Part shown: positions 48,338-57,714 of the stretch, piece by piece | Numbering within the stretch: the first letter of the stretch is position 1 | Layout of the letters: every line of letters begins with the position of its first letter | Assembly: GCA_965222615.1 (NCBI GenBank) | Contig: CBDCUI010000009.1 | Coordinates: 608,001 to 672,000, forward strand | From: Gammaproteobacteria bacterium | GTDB taxonomy: Bacteria > Pseudomonadota > Gammaproteobacteria > UBA4575 | Direction: 5' to 3' | Length of the DNA stretch: 64,000 nt | The notes under the pieces: model-generated | What the model was told of the DNA's origin: nothing | Databases searched by the model: none | What the model saw: the letters and a program-made list of their open reading frames with translations, nothing else | Position numbers and translations under genes: made by a program

Positions 48338-50671
48338 ATGCCTTTGGAAAATAACAATAAATTAAAATTTAATTTTTTAAAATTCGTCATCGCTATATTT
48401 TTTAAACGAAAAAAAATATTAGTAGTTCATAATACTTACATTAAAAACGTATCTTTTTTTTCTGTAGTCATAATTTTTTCATTTGTAAGTTTAAGCACAG
48501 TCGCAATTGCAGAAGAAAGTGTCCAACTAGAAGATATGATAGTTGAAGACACTAAAATCCTAGAGTTCGACCAGCCAGGTGAGTTGCATCTTGTAACTCC
48601 AAGTGAAACAGGGACAAGGTTAGGCTTAACTCCATTAGAAACACCAGCTTCTGTTGAAATAATTGATCAAACAAACATAGAACGAATAGGTGCGCAGAGT
48701 ATCGGGGATGCATTAATTACGCTTCCAGGAGTGACGGTGGGTGAATCTCCCGCAGCACCTTCAAGCTTTTCTATGCGTGGATTTACTAGAAGCCAAATTA
48801 CTTTATTACGAGATGGAATATGGTTAGGGCCCGCAAATATGGTAAGTAGGCCACAGAACGCATGTAATTTGGATCGTCTTGAATTAATCCGAGGTCCAGC
48901 ATCTGGTTTACACGGACAAGGATCAGTTGCAGGTGCTATAAATTCGGTAACGAAAAAGGCACGTGAAACAGATAATTATAATCATGGTGCGCAATTGTTC
49001 TATGGTCGGTGGGACACTTACCAAGTGTGTGGTGGTAGTGCAGGACCAGTTGCGGATTCTCTTTGGTATCAATTTGATATTAGTCAAAATGGGGCTGATG
49101 GCTTTGTTGATGATATGGATCCTGAATCGACAAATATTAATGGCAGTTTATTGTGGAAACCTAAAAATAATCTTTCTGTCAGATTTAGTGCGGACTACTT
49201 AGATGATGAATTAGCAAACTACTGGGGTACACCTCTAGTGCCTGCAAGTGTCGGCACAGATCGAATAAGTGGTGTCATCGAAACGGCTGCGGGTGAAGTA
49301 TTAGATGAGCGCACTCGTGATGAAAATTACAATGTGTCTGATTATGAAGCTGAGTCCGATCAAATATTGATGCGCACAGATTTGGAATGGATGCCACTAA
49401 GCAATGTTCGTGTAAGAAACACGCTGTACTACTTTGATGCGGATCGCGATTGGTTTAACGCAGAAGGATTTATTTATAATGATTTGACTGACTTGATTGA
49501 CCGAACGAATGGATTTTTCTTTGTTCAACATGAACAAGAAATGTGGGGTGGCAAGCTAGATATCACCACTGATCACCAATTATTTGGCAAAGATAATCAA
49601 TTTGTATTTGGTGTTGATTATCAGGATCTTGATTTTGAACGCACACGTGGGTTTCGTTTCTCTGCAGTACCAGGTGACTCTGTCGATCTATTTGATCCGG
49701 TTCAAGGTGTCTATGGACCGGTGGAACCAAGAGGGGTTAGTCCTACAGATATAAATACCTGGGGAGTGTTTTTTGAAGATGCATTGCAAGTAACTGATAG
49801 ATTCAGTTTAGTCACCGGGCTACGTTATGAGCAACTACATTTACGACGGCAAAATTTTGATTTACGCCCGGGGAATGTCGGAAATGATGAGGGAAGTGGA
49901 TTTACACGCAACTTTGATTCTGTGGGTTGGCGTGTTGGTGGTGTGTTTTCTTTAACACCTAATATAAATGTTTATGCACAATACAGTAATGCACAAGACC
50001 CAGTGAATTCTAATATTTTTCTTGTGAATGATGGTGAAGATTTTGATCTCACTGATGCTGAGCAGTGGGAAGTCGGATTAAAAGCGAGGAATATTGATAA
50101 TTCATTAAATTTTACAATCGCATACTTTGACATTGAGCGAGATGATGTCTCTGAACTCATTGGTGTTGATAGTGCAGTGAATGTGGGTGGCAGAAAATCC
50201 AAAGGATTTGAAGCAGCAATTAATTATGCACCAACTTCCTATCTAGATGTGGCTGCGAATATCGCCTATGTTGATGCGGAATTCGAAGACTCTGTGAACT
50301 TTGTAACATTTGCTGGTAATACACCACCCAACGTACCGGATTGGACAGCAAATGCCTGGGTCAATGTCCGGCCCTTTCAAACGTTTCCAATAGAATTTGG
50401 TGCATGGTATCGCTATGTGGATGATCGCTATGGTACAAATGATAATACTGCAATTTTGAAAGATTATTCATTACTAGATCTGTCTGCAACCTACAGGTTT
50501 CGAGATAATTTAGATATCACAGCTCGTGTGCGAAATGCCATGGATGAAGATTATGTTGCTTGGGCTGATGTATTTTATTTTCAACAGACTGATCCTGGTT
50601 TTCCATTTGCCAATCAAGTCTTGTTGGGCGAACCAAGAAGTTATGAGTTAAATCTTGTGTTACGGTATTAG
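48338..50671 (+). CDS. TonB-dependent outer-membrane receptor
   Basis: ETPASVEII, SMRGF, LELIRGPASGLHG plug motifs; C-terminal GEPRSYELNLVLRY. Confidence 0.93.
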   Translation: MPLENNNKLKFNFLKFVIAIFFKRKKILVVHNTYIKNVSFFSVVIIFSFVSLSTVAIAEESVQLEDMIVEDTKILEFDQPGELHLVTPSETGTRLGLTPLETPASVEIIDQTNIERIGAQSIGDALITLPGVTVGESPAAPSSFSMRGFTRSQITLLRDGIWLGPANMVSRPQNACNLDRLELIRGPASGLHGQGSVAGAINSVTKKARETDNYNHGAQLFYGRWDTYQVCGGSAGPVADSLWYQFDISQNGADGFVDDMDPESTNINGSLLWKPKNNLSVRFSADYLDDELANYWGTPLVPASVGTDRISGVIETAAGEVLDERTRDENYNVSDYEAESDQILMRTDLEWMPLSNVRVRNTLYYFDADRDWFNAEGFIYNDLTDLIDRTNGFFFVQHEQEMWGGKLDITTDHQLFGKDNQFVFGVDYQDLDFERTRGFRFSAVPGDSVDLFDPVQGVYGPVEPRGVSPTDINTWGVFFEDALQVTDRFSLVTGLRYEQLHLRRQNFDLRPGNVGNDEGSGFTRNFDSVGWRVGGVFSLTPNINVYAQYSNAQDPVNSNIFLVNDGEDFDLTDAEQWEVGLKARNIDNSLNFTIAYFDIERDDVSELIGVDSAVNVGGRKSKGFEAAINYAPTSYLDVAANIAYVDAEFEDSVNFVTFAGNTPPNVPDWTANAWVNVRPFQTFPIEFGAWYRYVDDRYGTNDNTAILKDYSLLDLSATYRFRDNLDITARVRNAMDEDYVAWADVFYFQQTDPGFPFANQVLLGEPRSYELNLVLRY

Positions 50672-50679
50672 TATGCAAA

Positions 50680-52119
50680 ATGCAGTATTTTATACTCATT
50701 CATCGCTGGATCGGGGTAGGATTATGTTTATTTTTTTCTGCTTGGTTTTTGAGTGGTATGGTTATGATATTTCAACCATACCCCTCGCTAAGTGAAGCCG
50801 AAAGACTTAAACGCAGTGAAGTAACCCAGTATTCGAAAGACTTATTATCGATATCTGAACTAAAGTCTTTTCAACAAGAAAGCCCATCTAAGGTTACGCT
50901 GATCAGTAAGCTCGATGAGCCTTATTTTTGGTGGAAAAGCGAAGCAAATTCGCGAATTACTGTGGTTAATGCGATCACAGGTGATACGCCCAATTTTAAA
51001 CCAGATCAAATACATAAGATAGCAAATAACTTTTATCCAGACAAAACCGTTGAAACAATTAATGTTGGAATTGAATATGATCAATGGATTGTTAGCAACC
51101 GTTTTGATCCTTACCGGCCTTTTTATCGAGTTGAGTTTGATGATGTAGCGCGTACAAACATTTATATCTCAAGCCGCAATGGTCAAATTTTGCAAGAAAC
51201 TAATCGATCGCAGCGCATATGGAATTATTTTGGAGCCGTTGTTCATTGGATTTATCCTACTGTCATACGTAAAAACTGGATCCTGTGGGATCAACTTGTA
51301 TGGTGGTTAGCTTTAGCAGGTATTGTCAGTGCAATTACAGGGTTAACGTTGGGATTGATTAAATCTATTCGTGCACAAAGTGGATGGTCAGATTATAGCG
51401 GTTGGCTATATTGGCACCATTTAGGCGGGCTTATTGTTGGATTGTTAGTTTTAAGCTGGATATTTAGTGGTTGGTTATCCATGGATCATGGACGCATATT
51501 TTCAAAACCGAATCCAACAACTGAACAAATACAGGCATTCCACGGTGTACCGCTGAGTGGAGTGGTAAATAGTTTGCCGGAATTTGAACCAGCTTATTCT
51601 TCCAATATTAATGAAATTGAATTGCGAGTCATTGCAGGAGAACCTTATTTATTGAGCAAGTCTTACACTGAAGGTAACCAAACCTGGTTGTTAAATTCAG
51701 AAGGTCATTGGCAGCAGCAAGACCAAGGATTGCCATATCAATTATTACGCAAAGCTGTTATGTCTACATGGCCTGATTTAGAAATAGCTGGATTCTTTAA
51801 AATCGAAAATGATGATGTCTATGCTCATCTACGCGAAAGTCAAATGTCATCAAATGTTCTACGAGTCGTATTAAGTGATCCTGAAAAAACCTGGGTCCAT
51901 GTTGACAGTATTTCGGGCGAAATAATCTCAATAATGGATTCTGGACGTAGAACTTATAGATGGTTATTCAATGGACTGCACAGTCTTGATTTCCCTAGTT
52001 TAATTTCGCGGCCTGCGTTGTGGTACTGCGTAATATTGAGTTTACTCGGGCTGGGCACATTATTCAGTTTTACTGGTGCAATAGTTGGTATCCGCCGCCT
52101 ATTAAAAGGCAGATTCTAG
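50680..52119 (+). CDS. PepSY-associated TM helix protein
   Basis: HRWIG, GAVVHWIY, WHHLGG, WLFNGLHSLDF; last 3 codons and stop come from the IS30 end. Confidence 0.88.
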   Translation: MQYFILIHRWIGVGLCLFFSAWFLSGMVMIFQPYPSLSEAERLKRSEVTQYSKDLLSISELKSFQQESPSKVTLISKLDEPYFWWKSEANSRITVVNAITGDTPNFKPDQIHKIANNFYPDKTVETINVGIEYDQWIVSNRFDPYRPFYRVEFDDVARTNIYISSRNGQILQETNRSQRIWNYFGAVVHWIYPTVIRKNWILWDQLVWWLALAGIVSAITGLTLGLIKSIRAQSGWSDYSGWLYWHHLGGLIVGLLVLSWIFSGWLSMDHGRIFSKPNPTTEQIQAFHGVPLSGVVNSLPEFEPAYSSNINEIELRVIAGEPYLLSKSYTEGNQTWLLNSEGHWQQQDQGLPYQLLRKAVMSTWPDLEIAGFFKIENDDVYAHLRESQMSSNVLRVVLSDPEKTWVHVDSISGEIISIMDSGRRTYRWLFNGLHSLDFPSLISRPALWYCVILSLLGLGTLFSFTGAIVGIRRLLKGRF

Positions 52120-53211
52120 ATCCAAGTGCACCACTAACTTAAGTGGCAGGACATGAATTCTTATCCAAGTAAAATGAGGTTTTCGAGATCTTATTTTAGC
52201 AGGAGGGATTCATGTCCTACGTACATGTTAGCGCAAAAGAACGTCATACATTAATGTATTTGTTGCATCTTCGTTTCAGTTATCGAGAGATTGGACGTCG
52301 ATTAGGCCGTCATCACAGCACCATCTCAAGAGAAGTCAAACGTAATGGTCGCAGGTCTGGTTGGAGTTATTGGGATGAATACGCGCAGTGCCAAGCGCAA
52401 CAGCGTAAACGTCAGCCTCGTCATCGGAGAAGACGAGATCATCAAACACTCTATAACAAGGTCATCGCGTACTTACGCCAAGGCTGGTCCCCGGATGCCA
52501 TCAGTGGCTGGTTGCGCAGACATTACAAGAAGCGTTCTCGCGTACAGGTCTGCACAGAAACGATTTATCAGTGGATCTATTGTGATGCCCAAACAGGCGG
52601 CACGTTATATCACTATTTAGCCTCGCAGCATAAGAAGCGCAAACGACAGCCTTTGAATAGGCTCAAAACGATCGGCATTTCACATCGAGTAGGGATTGAA
52701 CATCGTCCTGATCATATTGAAAAAAGACAACGACTAGGCCATTGGGAAGGCGATACGGTGGAAGGGGCCAAAGGCTGTGGCGGTGTGGTGACCTTAGTCG
52801 AACGTAAAAGCCGGTTTCTTCTTGCAGGTTTGCTTAAAGACAAACAAGCCCTCACCTTTAGTCAAGTTTCACAACAAGCACTTAAAAACATTCCAAGTAC
52901 ACTATGCAAAACATTGACCTTGGACAATGGGAAAGAAAATGTCCTGCATCAACAAATCAGCCAATCAAAAAAGATGAAGATCTATTTCACCGATCCGTAT
53001 TCACCTTGGCAACGCGGTACCAATGAACAAACCAATGGTTTATTGAGAAGAACCTTTCCTAAAGGAACTGATTTTCGTAAAGTATCTAAACAACAACTTA
53101 AAAAAGCCGTTAAACGCATTAATCAACGACCTCGTAAAATACTCAACTACTTAACACCTGAGGAAGTTTTTATGAATGCCGTGAATGGTGCACTTTGAAT
53201 TGGAACTCGCC
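52108..53211 (+). mobile_element. IS30-family insertion sequence
   Basis: 26-bp imperfect IRs GGCAGATTCTAGATCCAAGTGCACCA / GGCGAGTTCCAATTCAAAGTGCACCA; 2-bp AA duplication. Confidence 0.93.
52212..53198 (+). CDS. IS30 transposase
   Basis: STISREVKRN, GHWEGDTV, DNGKE, PWQRGTNEQTNGLLR. Confidence 0.95.
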   Translation: MSYVHVSAKERHTLMYLLHLRFSYREIGRRLGRHHSTISREVKRNGRRSGWSYWDEYAQCQAQQRKRQPRHRRRRDHQTLYNKVIAYLRQGWSPDAISGWLRRHYKKRSRVQVCTETIYQWIYCDAQTGGTLYHYLASQHKKRKRQPLNRLKTIGISHRVGIEHRPDHIEKRQRLGHWEGDTVEGAKGCGGVVTLVERKSRFLLAGLLKDKQALTFSQVSQQALKNIPSTLCKTLTLDNGKENVLHQQISQSKKMKIYFTDPYSPWQRGTNEQTNGLLRRTFPKGTDFRKVSKQQLKKAVKRINQRPRKILNYLTPEEVFMNAVNGAL

Positions 53212-53284
53212 AAATAACTATTTGACTAGATAGCAAAATAAAACTTAACAATGAGAAAAAGAACCGTATGAAAAGATCAGTAAA

Positions 53285-53728
53285 TTATATAAATGTCTGC
53301 AAACACTTAGCTACCCCCTTGAATTTGCCATTTTCAAACTGATGCCACTTACAACGAATATGATTATATTTCCAGCGCGATACATACTTTATATCATCAC
53401 CCCAACCAGGTTCTTTCCAATATTTCCCATCTATAAAACCAAATTTATTATCACCCGTTCCATCAATATATTGGCATTCCCAGTTTTTTTTGTTGAGTAT
53501 TGTACAATCCTCATACTCATCTACCAAACTAGCTACTTCACTGATAACTTTGTTCTTACCTACTCTGAAAGTTACTCGCATCACTGGACGCCATTCGCTT
53601 ACATCGTTTTGTTCAGGCACAGGTTTTACAACAACATATGCATATATAATCTGGCCATCATCACAGCTAGTAATACCAGCAAATGTTAATAAGGTTATTA
53701 AAAAGATGCGTATGTTCATTTCTACCAA
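53285..53728 (-). CDS. Hypothetical lipoprotein
   Basis: FAGITSC lipobox-like; no family recognised. Confidence 0.65.
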   Translation of the reverse strand: MVEMNIRIFLITLLTFAGITSCDDGQIIYAYVVVKPVPEQNDVSEWRPVMRVTFRVGKNKVISEVASLVDEYEDCTILNKKNWECQYIDGTGDNKFGFIDGKYWKEPGWGDDIKYVSRWKYNHIRCKWHQFENGKFKGVAKCLQTFI

Positions 53729-53785
53729 CTATTAGTAAATATGTAGTTTTTTATTTTATCACTAAATCATTAGCTCGCAGGATGG

Positions 53786-54199
53786 TTGAAAATGTCTTCA
53801 AATAACAACTCTGATTTTATTCTTTTATCCACGCTAATTAATAAACTAAAAGATAATAACTATTATCGTACATTTGCTAAATCATTACTACGAGCAAACA
53901 TCGAAGAACATAATTTACCATCTGATAATGAGCTTGTCGCAGAGATGTTTCGTTATTTTATCAAGGAAAATGAGCTATATATGTTTCACAATAGTTCAAA
54001 AGTATCTGCAGATTATATTGAGTCCGAAGCAAACCGAAGAATTTTAGAGAAAACTAAAGAAAAAAAAGATATAGAACTTATGAAGGAATTAGAACAAAAA
54101 TTAATTTGGGAGAAAGAAATTTACATAAACATAAAAGATTTAAAGAAATTATATGCGAATAAATGTATCGTGTTTCCGAAGTCATTGTTAAATGGCTAA
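53786..54199 (+). CDS. Hypothetical protein
   Basis: AT-rich 137-aa ORF, no motif. Confidence 0.55.
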   Translation: MKMSSNNNSDFILLSTLINKLKDNNYYRTFAKSLLRANIEEHNLPSDNELVAEMFRYFIKENELYMFHNSSKVSADYIESEANRRILEKTKEKKDIELMKELEQKLIWEKEIYINIKDLKKLYANKCIVFPKSLLNG

Positions 54200-54588
54200 C
54201 CTTTAGCTTCAAAATCATCTTCTCTAAGTTTTGCTGTCCCATCTTCTTGCAATATCCAGAGCTCTTTATAAATAACACCACTGGCCTTATTCATTTTCCA
54301 ATTTGAAGTTAATATCGCACTTTTGTCATCAACTACTTCAATTTTTGGACCCACATATTCAACATCTGAAAATCCCTGGTCTATGAGATTTTGCCAAAAT
54401 CCTTGAATCTCCACTGTTCCTGTAAACGTACCAAATGGCCTAGCGTTCATTACTGCATCTTCTTCATATTGGGATACACAACCCACCGCATCACCTGAAT
54501 TAAAGGACTTTTTCCATAATTCGCTTGCTGTGTTAATTGCATTCAAAACCATAGCTTTTTGCTCATCAGTAACCATATGCTTTCTCAC
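54196..54588 (-). CDS. NTF2/SnoaL-like (DUF4440-type) protein
   Basis: FNSGDAVGCVSQYEEDAVM, GTVEIQGFW, ELWILQEDG. Confidence 0.8.
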   Translation of the reverse strand: MRKHMVTDEQKAMVLNAINTASELWKKSFNSGDAVGCVSQYEEDAVMNARPFGTFTGTVEIQGFWQNLIDQGFSDVEYVGPKIEVVDDKSAILTSNWKMNKASGVIYKELWILQEDGTAKLREDDFEAKG

Positions 54589-54637
54589 TTCATAAGTTAA
54601 ATTGCCCGCAAATTAATTACCGCGAAGCGATTCCTTA

Positions 54638-54667
54638 GGGTTCGGCTCCACTTTTCACGTTCAATTA
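54638..54667. repeat. Partial third copy of tRNA-linked repeat
   Basis: gggttcggctccacttttcacgttcaatta matches 55690-55719 at 28/30 nt. Confidence 0.8.
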
Positions 54668-55501
54668 CTCAAATAATTTAAACCGTACCCAAGTTAGATC
54701 AACTTTATCAAAATCTAAGTTAGGAACTACACTCAAATTTAAATCAGTAAATAATTCATGTTTTGTTATTTTATTAATGCTTTGGTCAAATGATAACAAC
54801 TTGTTAATCGAAACTGCTAATTGTGTGTGGTGTGCTACTAAAGCAACCATATTACGCGTCAAAACAGGTTGATTATCTATATCTATTCTTAAAGTTCCAC
54901 CTTTATGTTTAATTAGCCGCAGATGCAATAGTTGATGAAATTCTTGACAGTTATCAGATATATTTTTAACAATATTTTTCCACTCATTACTACTTAAATA
55001 TGGATCTTCAAACTTCTCAAAATTAACTTTTGCAGTAATAAAAAAATTTTCTATTTCATCAACTAATTTTTTAGAAATATCATATGACCCATTTTTTGAA
55101 TCTGGAAAAAGTTTAGAATGAAGTTCACGTACATTATCAAAATGCAAATGACTATTTTCAATATTTATCATAGAACTAACATAGTCTTCAAATTCTTCAA
55201 CATGCCTATAATAATTAGAAAATATATTTTGACTTTTTGATTCATGAATCTGTGCTTTTGTTTGCTCTGACCGATGATTTGATGCTAGTAGTGCAATTGT
55301 TGGAATTAATAATGCTAAAATACCAAGAGGTAATTTGTAATATGAAAATAGATTATTGAAACATTCAACTTCGGGACAAAATCTAAATTCATTCAAAAGT
55401 AATATTGCAATCGCAGATATCAGTGCAAATAATAGTATTATCCATACAACATATTTGAAAACTGCAAGTTCAAATAAACTTTTATTCGGATCGAACATCA
55501 T
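54665..55501 (-). CDS. Hypothetical two-TM protein
   Basis: Very AT-rich; two N-terminal TMs then ASNHRSEQTKAQI..QNIFSNYYRH. Confidence 0.75.
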   Translation of the reverse strand: MMFDPNKSLFELAVFKYVVWIILLFALISAIAILLLNEFRFCPEVECFNNLFSYYKLPLGILALLIPTIALLASNHRSEQTKAQIHESKSQNIFSNYYRHVEEFEDYVSSMINIENSHLHFDNVRELHSKLFPDSKNGSYDISKKLVDEIENFFITAKVNFEKFEDPYLSSNEWKNIVKNISDNCQEFHQLLHLRLIKHKGGTLRIDIDNQPVLTRNMVALVAHHTQLAVSINKLLSFDQSINKITKHELFTDLNLSVVPNLDFDKVDLTWVRFKLFE

Positions 55502-55579
55502 ATGTTTATTATTATTAAACTTTGCTAGTCATATTAGCCAGATTTTCTGTTCCCCAATAGCAATAGAATCATAGGCCTA

Positions 55580-55928
55580 TGGTGGAAAGAGGGATTACAA
55601 AATACTTCCTTGTATTTTGCCCTTCGGGCCGGTGTCGCTACGCTCCCCCGTTCAAATTTGTTCCAGACAAATTTGTCGACCCTCTCCTCGGGTTCGACTC
55701 CACTTTTCACCTTCAATTATCAAAGACGGGATAAATACCGTCTTTGATAATTGTGGCGGAGAGAGAGGGATTACAAAATACTTCCTGTATTTTGCCCTTC
55801 GGGCCATCGCCTACGGCGATGTTCAAAATCGTTCCTGACGATTTTGTCGAACCTTATTATTTATTCCGAGGGTTCGAACACAATCATCAATAATTATTTG
55901 GGGGAGCGTAGCTCCCCCAAATAATTAT
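55580..55928 (-). repeat. Two tandem about 175-bp tRNA-linked repeat units
   Basis: Units 55754-55928 and 55580-55753 each end (minus strand) in a copy of the tRNA-Ser 3' end; perfect hairpins 55888-55930 and 55714-55753. Confidence 0.88.
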
Positions 55929-56020
55929 TGGCGGAGAGAGAGGGATTCGAACCCTCGGTGCCCCGTTGAGGACACACTCACTTTCCAGGCGAGCCCGTTC
56001 GACCACTCCGGCATCTCTCC
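55929..56020 (-). tRNA. tRNA-Ser (GGA)
   Basis: GGAGAGATGCCGGAGTGG...cctGGAaa...long variable arm...GGTTCGAATCC...CCA. Confidence 0.96.
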
Positions 56021-56115
56021 AAATAAAAACATTTACTACGAGCACTTATAATAGATTAAGTGCTTAAAATTGTAGTACTCAGCACCTTTTAAGTTTACCT
56101 AACTTTAATCTGTTT

Positions 56116-56176
56116 GCATCGTCCCTGATGCAACTCTTACTCACACATCCATGTGTTCGCTACCGGCATCTCTCCA
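56116..56176 (-). repeat. Copy of tRNA 5' end fused to a hairpin repeat
   Basis: ccggcatctctcca at 56163-56176 duplicates the tRNA 5' end; 56116-56150 matches 23648-23682. Confidence 0.65.
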
Positions 56177-56380
56177 CACTTGTGAGCGGGTATTGCTCGC
56201 AAATTAATTATCGCGTAGCGATTCAATACTCTATCTTATGCAAATTAAGTATATCGCAGCTACTCCACTTTAATAATAGTTATTGGAGGATTGCAAAACA
56301 TTCCCACGAAAATTACTCAACAGTCGTGCACATCATCCATGATGCGATCTTTCTCGTGAATCCATTCACTTGTAATTGAG

Positions 56381-56719
56381 TCAGGAACTTTTGCCTTTGT
56401 CGTTGCTTGGATTATATATAGAAGATGGGAAATGAGCGACATTTTCACCGGCGTCAGATATTTTTGCGACACCTTGCTTGTCGACTTCATCAATTCGAAT
56501 AATGGCATGCATCGGAACAAAAAAACGTTTAACCTGATCAAATTCAGACTTGAGCTTTTCTTCACTAGGATCAACTACAACACTAGTCCGTTCGTCAAAT
56601 GTCAGACCTTCTATGGTAATGAAACCATACAAATCTGATTGATACACTTGCTGTGCGTAAATCTCAAAAACTTTGTTTTGATTATAAAAACTTATTTTAT
56701 AGATCGTCTTTTTTGGCAT
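56381..56719 (-). CDS. DUF1820 family protein
   Basis: IYKISFYNQNKVFEIYA, VVVDPSEEKLKSEF, PMHAIIRIDEV. Confidence 0.88.
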   Translation of the reverse strand: MPKKTIYKISFYNQNKVFEIYAQQVYQSDLYGFITIEGLTFDERTSVVVDPSEEKLKSEFDQVKRFFVPMHAIIRIDEVDKQGVAKISDAGENVAHFPSSIYNPSNDKGKSS

Positions 56720-56755
56720 AAGAAATATTAAGCACTCATTTTTTCTAAAAGACTA

Positions 56756-57487
56756 TTAAACCGCAATTGTCTTCTTAGGATCAAATCTCTTAACTAATTG
56801 ATAGCCTTTATAACCGCGTGGATTACATACTACACGGACCCCATGTTTTGTATAGTCACAGGAGCGGTGTATATGTCCATGCACCCATAAATCTATTTGT
56901 TTATCCTTTAACATTGGTTCTAATTCATTGCAATAAGCATATTTTATATAATCATCTTCTTCTGATTCCCAACTTTTCAATGAAGGGGCATGGTGTGTAA
57001 CGACTACTGTGGATCCTTGATGTGGTTTACTCAGCTCTCTTTCTAACCATTTTTTTGAGCTTTGATTTAATTTCATTAGCTGTTGTGGCGTAACGAGGTC
57101 TTCATCCAAAAAAATATAGCGAAAGTCATTCATTACACTTTGAAGTTCTTCTAACTGTTCTTTATCACCACATTCATTAAAATCTGCCCAAAGTGTACAG
57201 CCAATAAACCTAACACCATCAATTTCCACACTATCTTTTTCTAGATAATGTACATTACTGCCTTTGCTACTATTAATTAGGACATTATTTAAGTCTTTAA
57301 TTTCAAATCCCCAATATTCATGATTTCCCGCCACATAAATAATCGGCACATTCAAGGTTTGCAACCATTCTAAGCCTTCTGTACCGACACCTATGTCACC
57401 TGCTGCAATTACCACATCACACCCATTGATTGGTAATTCAAACTTACCAAATTCCAGATGAACATCAGAAATAACCTGTATTTTCAT
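56756..57487 (-). CDS. Metallophosphoesterase
   Basis: SDVHLE, AGDIG, AGNHEY, THHAP, HGHIH, CNPRGY. Confidence 0.9.
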   Translation of the reverse strand: MKIQVISDVHLEFGKFELPINGCDVVIAAGDIGVGTEGLEWLQTLNVPIIYVAGNHEYWGFEIKDLNNVLINSSKGSNVHYLEKDSVEIDGVRFIGCTLWADFNECGDKEQLEELQSVMNDFRYIFLDEDLVTPQQLMKLNQSSKKWLERELSKPHQGSTVVVTHHAPSLKSWESEEDDYIKYAYCNELEPMLKDKQIDLWVHGHIHRSCDYTKHGVRVVCNPRGYKGYQLVKRFDPKKTIAV

Positions 57488-57660
57488 TAATACTAGTGAT
57501 TTAAGTAGCTATTGTTTGGATAAAACAAATTAGTTGATAATCAATGTCTTATTGATGCCTGAGAGCATATATTAAAACAGATATCGTGGGCTTGAGGAGA
57601 AAAAAAACACTAACTGAGGGATAAGCCAGACTAAGTGCTTAATTATCCTTATCTGCAAAG

Positions 57661-57692
57661 AAAAAACGCCACGCAAAAGCGTGGCGTTTTTT
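57661..57692 (-). terminator. Rho-independent terminator (symmetric)
   Basis: aaaaaacgccacgc-aaaa-gcgtggcgtttttt. Confidence 0.85.
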
Positions 57693-57714
57693 CTAGAAAA
57701 TATTTAATAATCGC

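Noticed and set aside
47991-48338. Riboswitch or leader peptide before the TonB receptor
   Set aside because: Only one short hairpin (48123-48143) and a tiny ORF after AAGGAG; no B12-box-like sequence recognised.
55580-55928. tRNA-like segments as extra tRNA genes or a CRISPR array
   Set aside because: Only T-arm and acceptor 3' fragments are present, with no D or anticodon arm; there are two long units, no short repeat-spacer periodicity and no cas genes.
55534-56379. ORFs 55534-55716, 55617-55838 and 56128-56379
   Set aside because: They run through repeats and hairpins and show no protein motifs; likely spurious.
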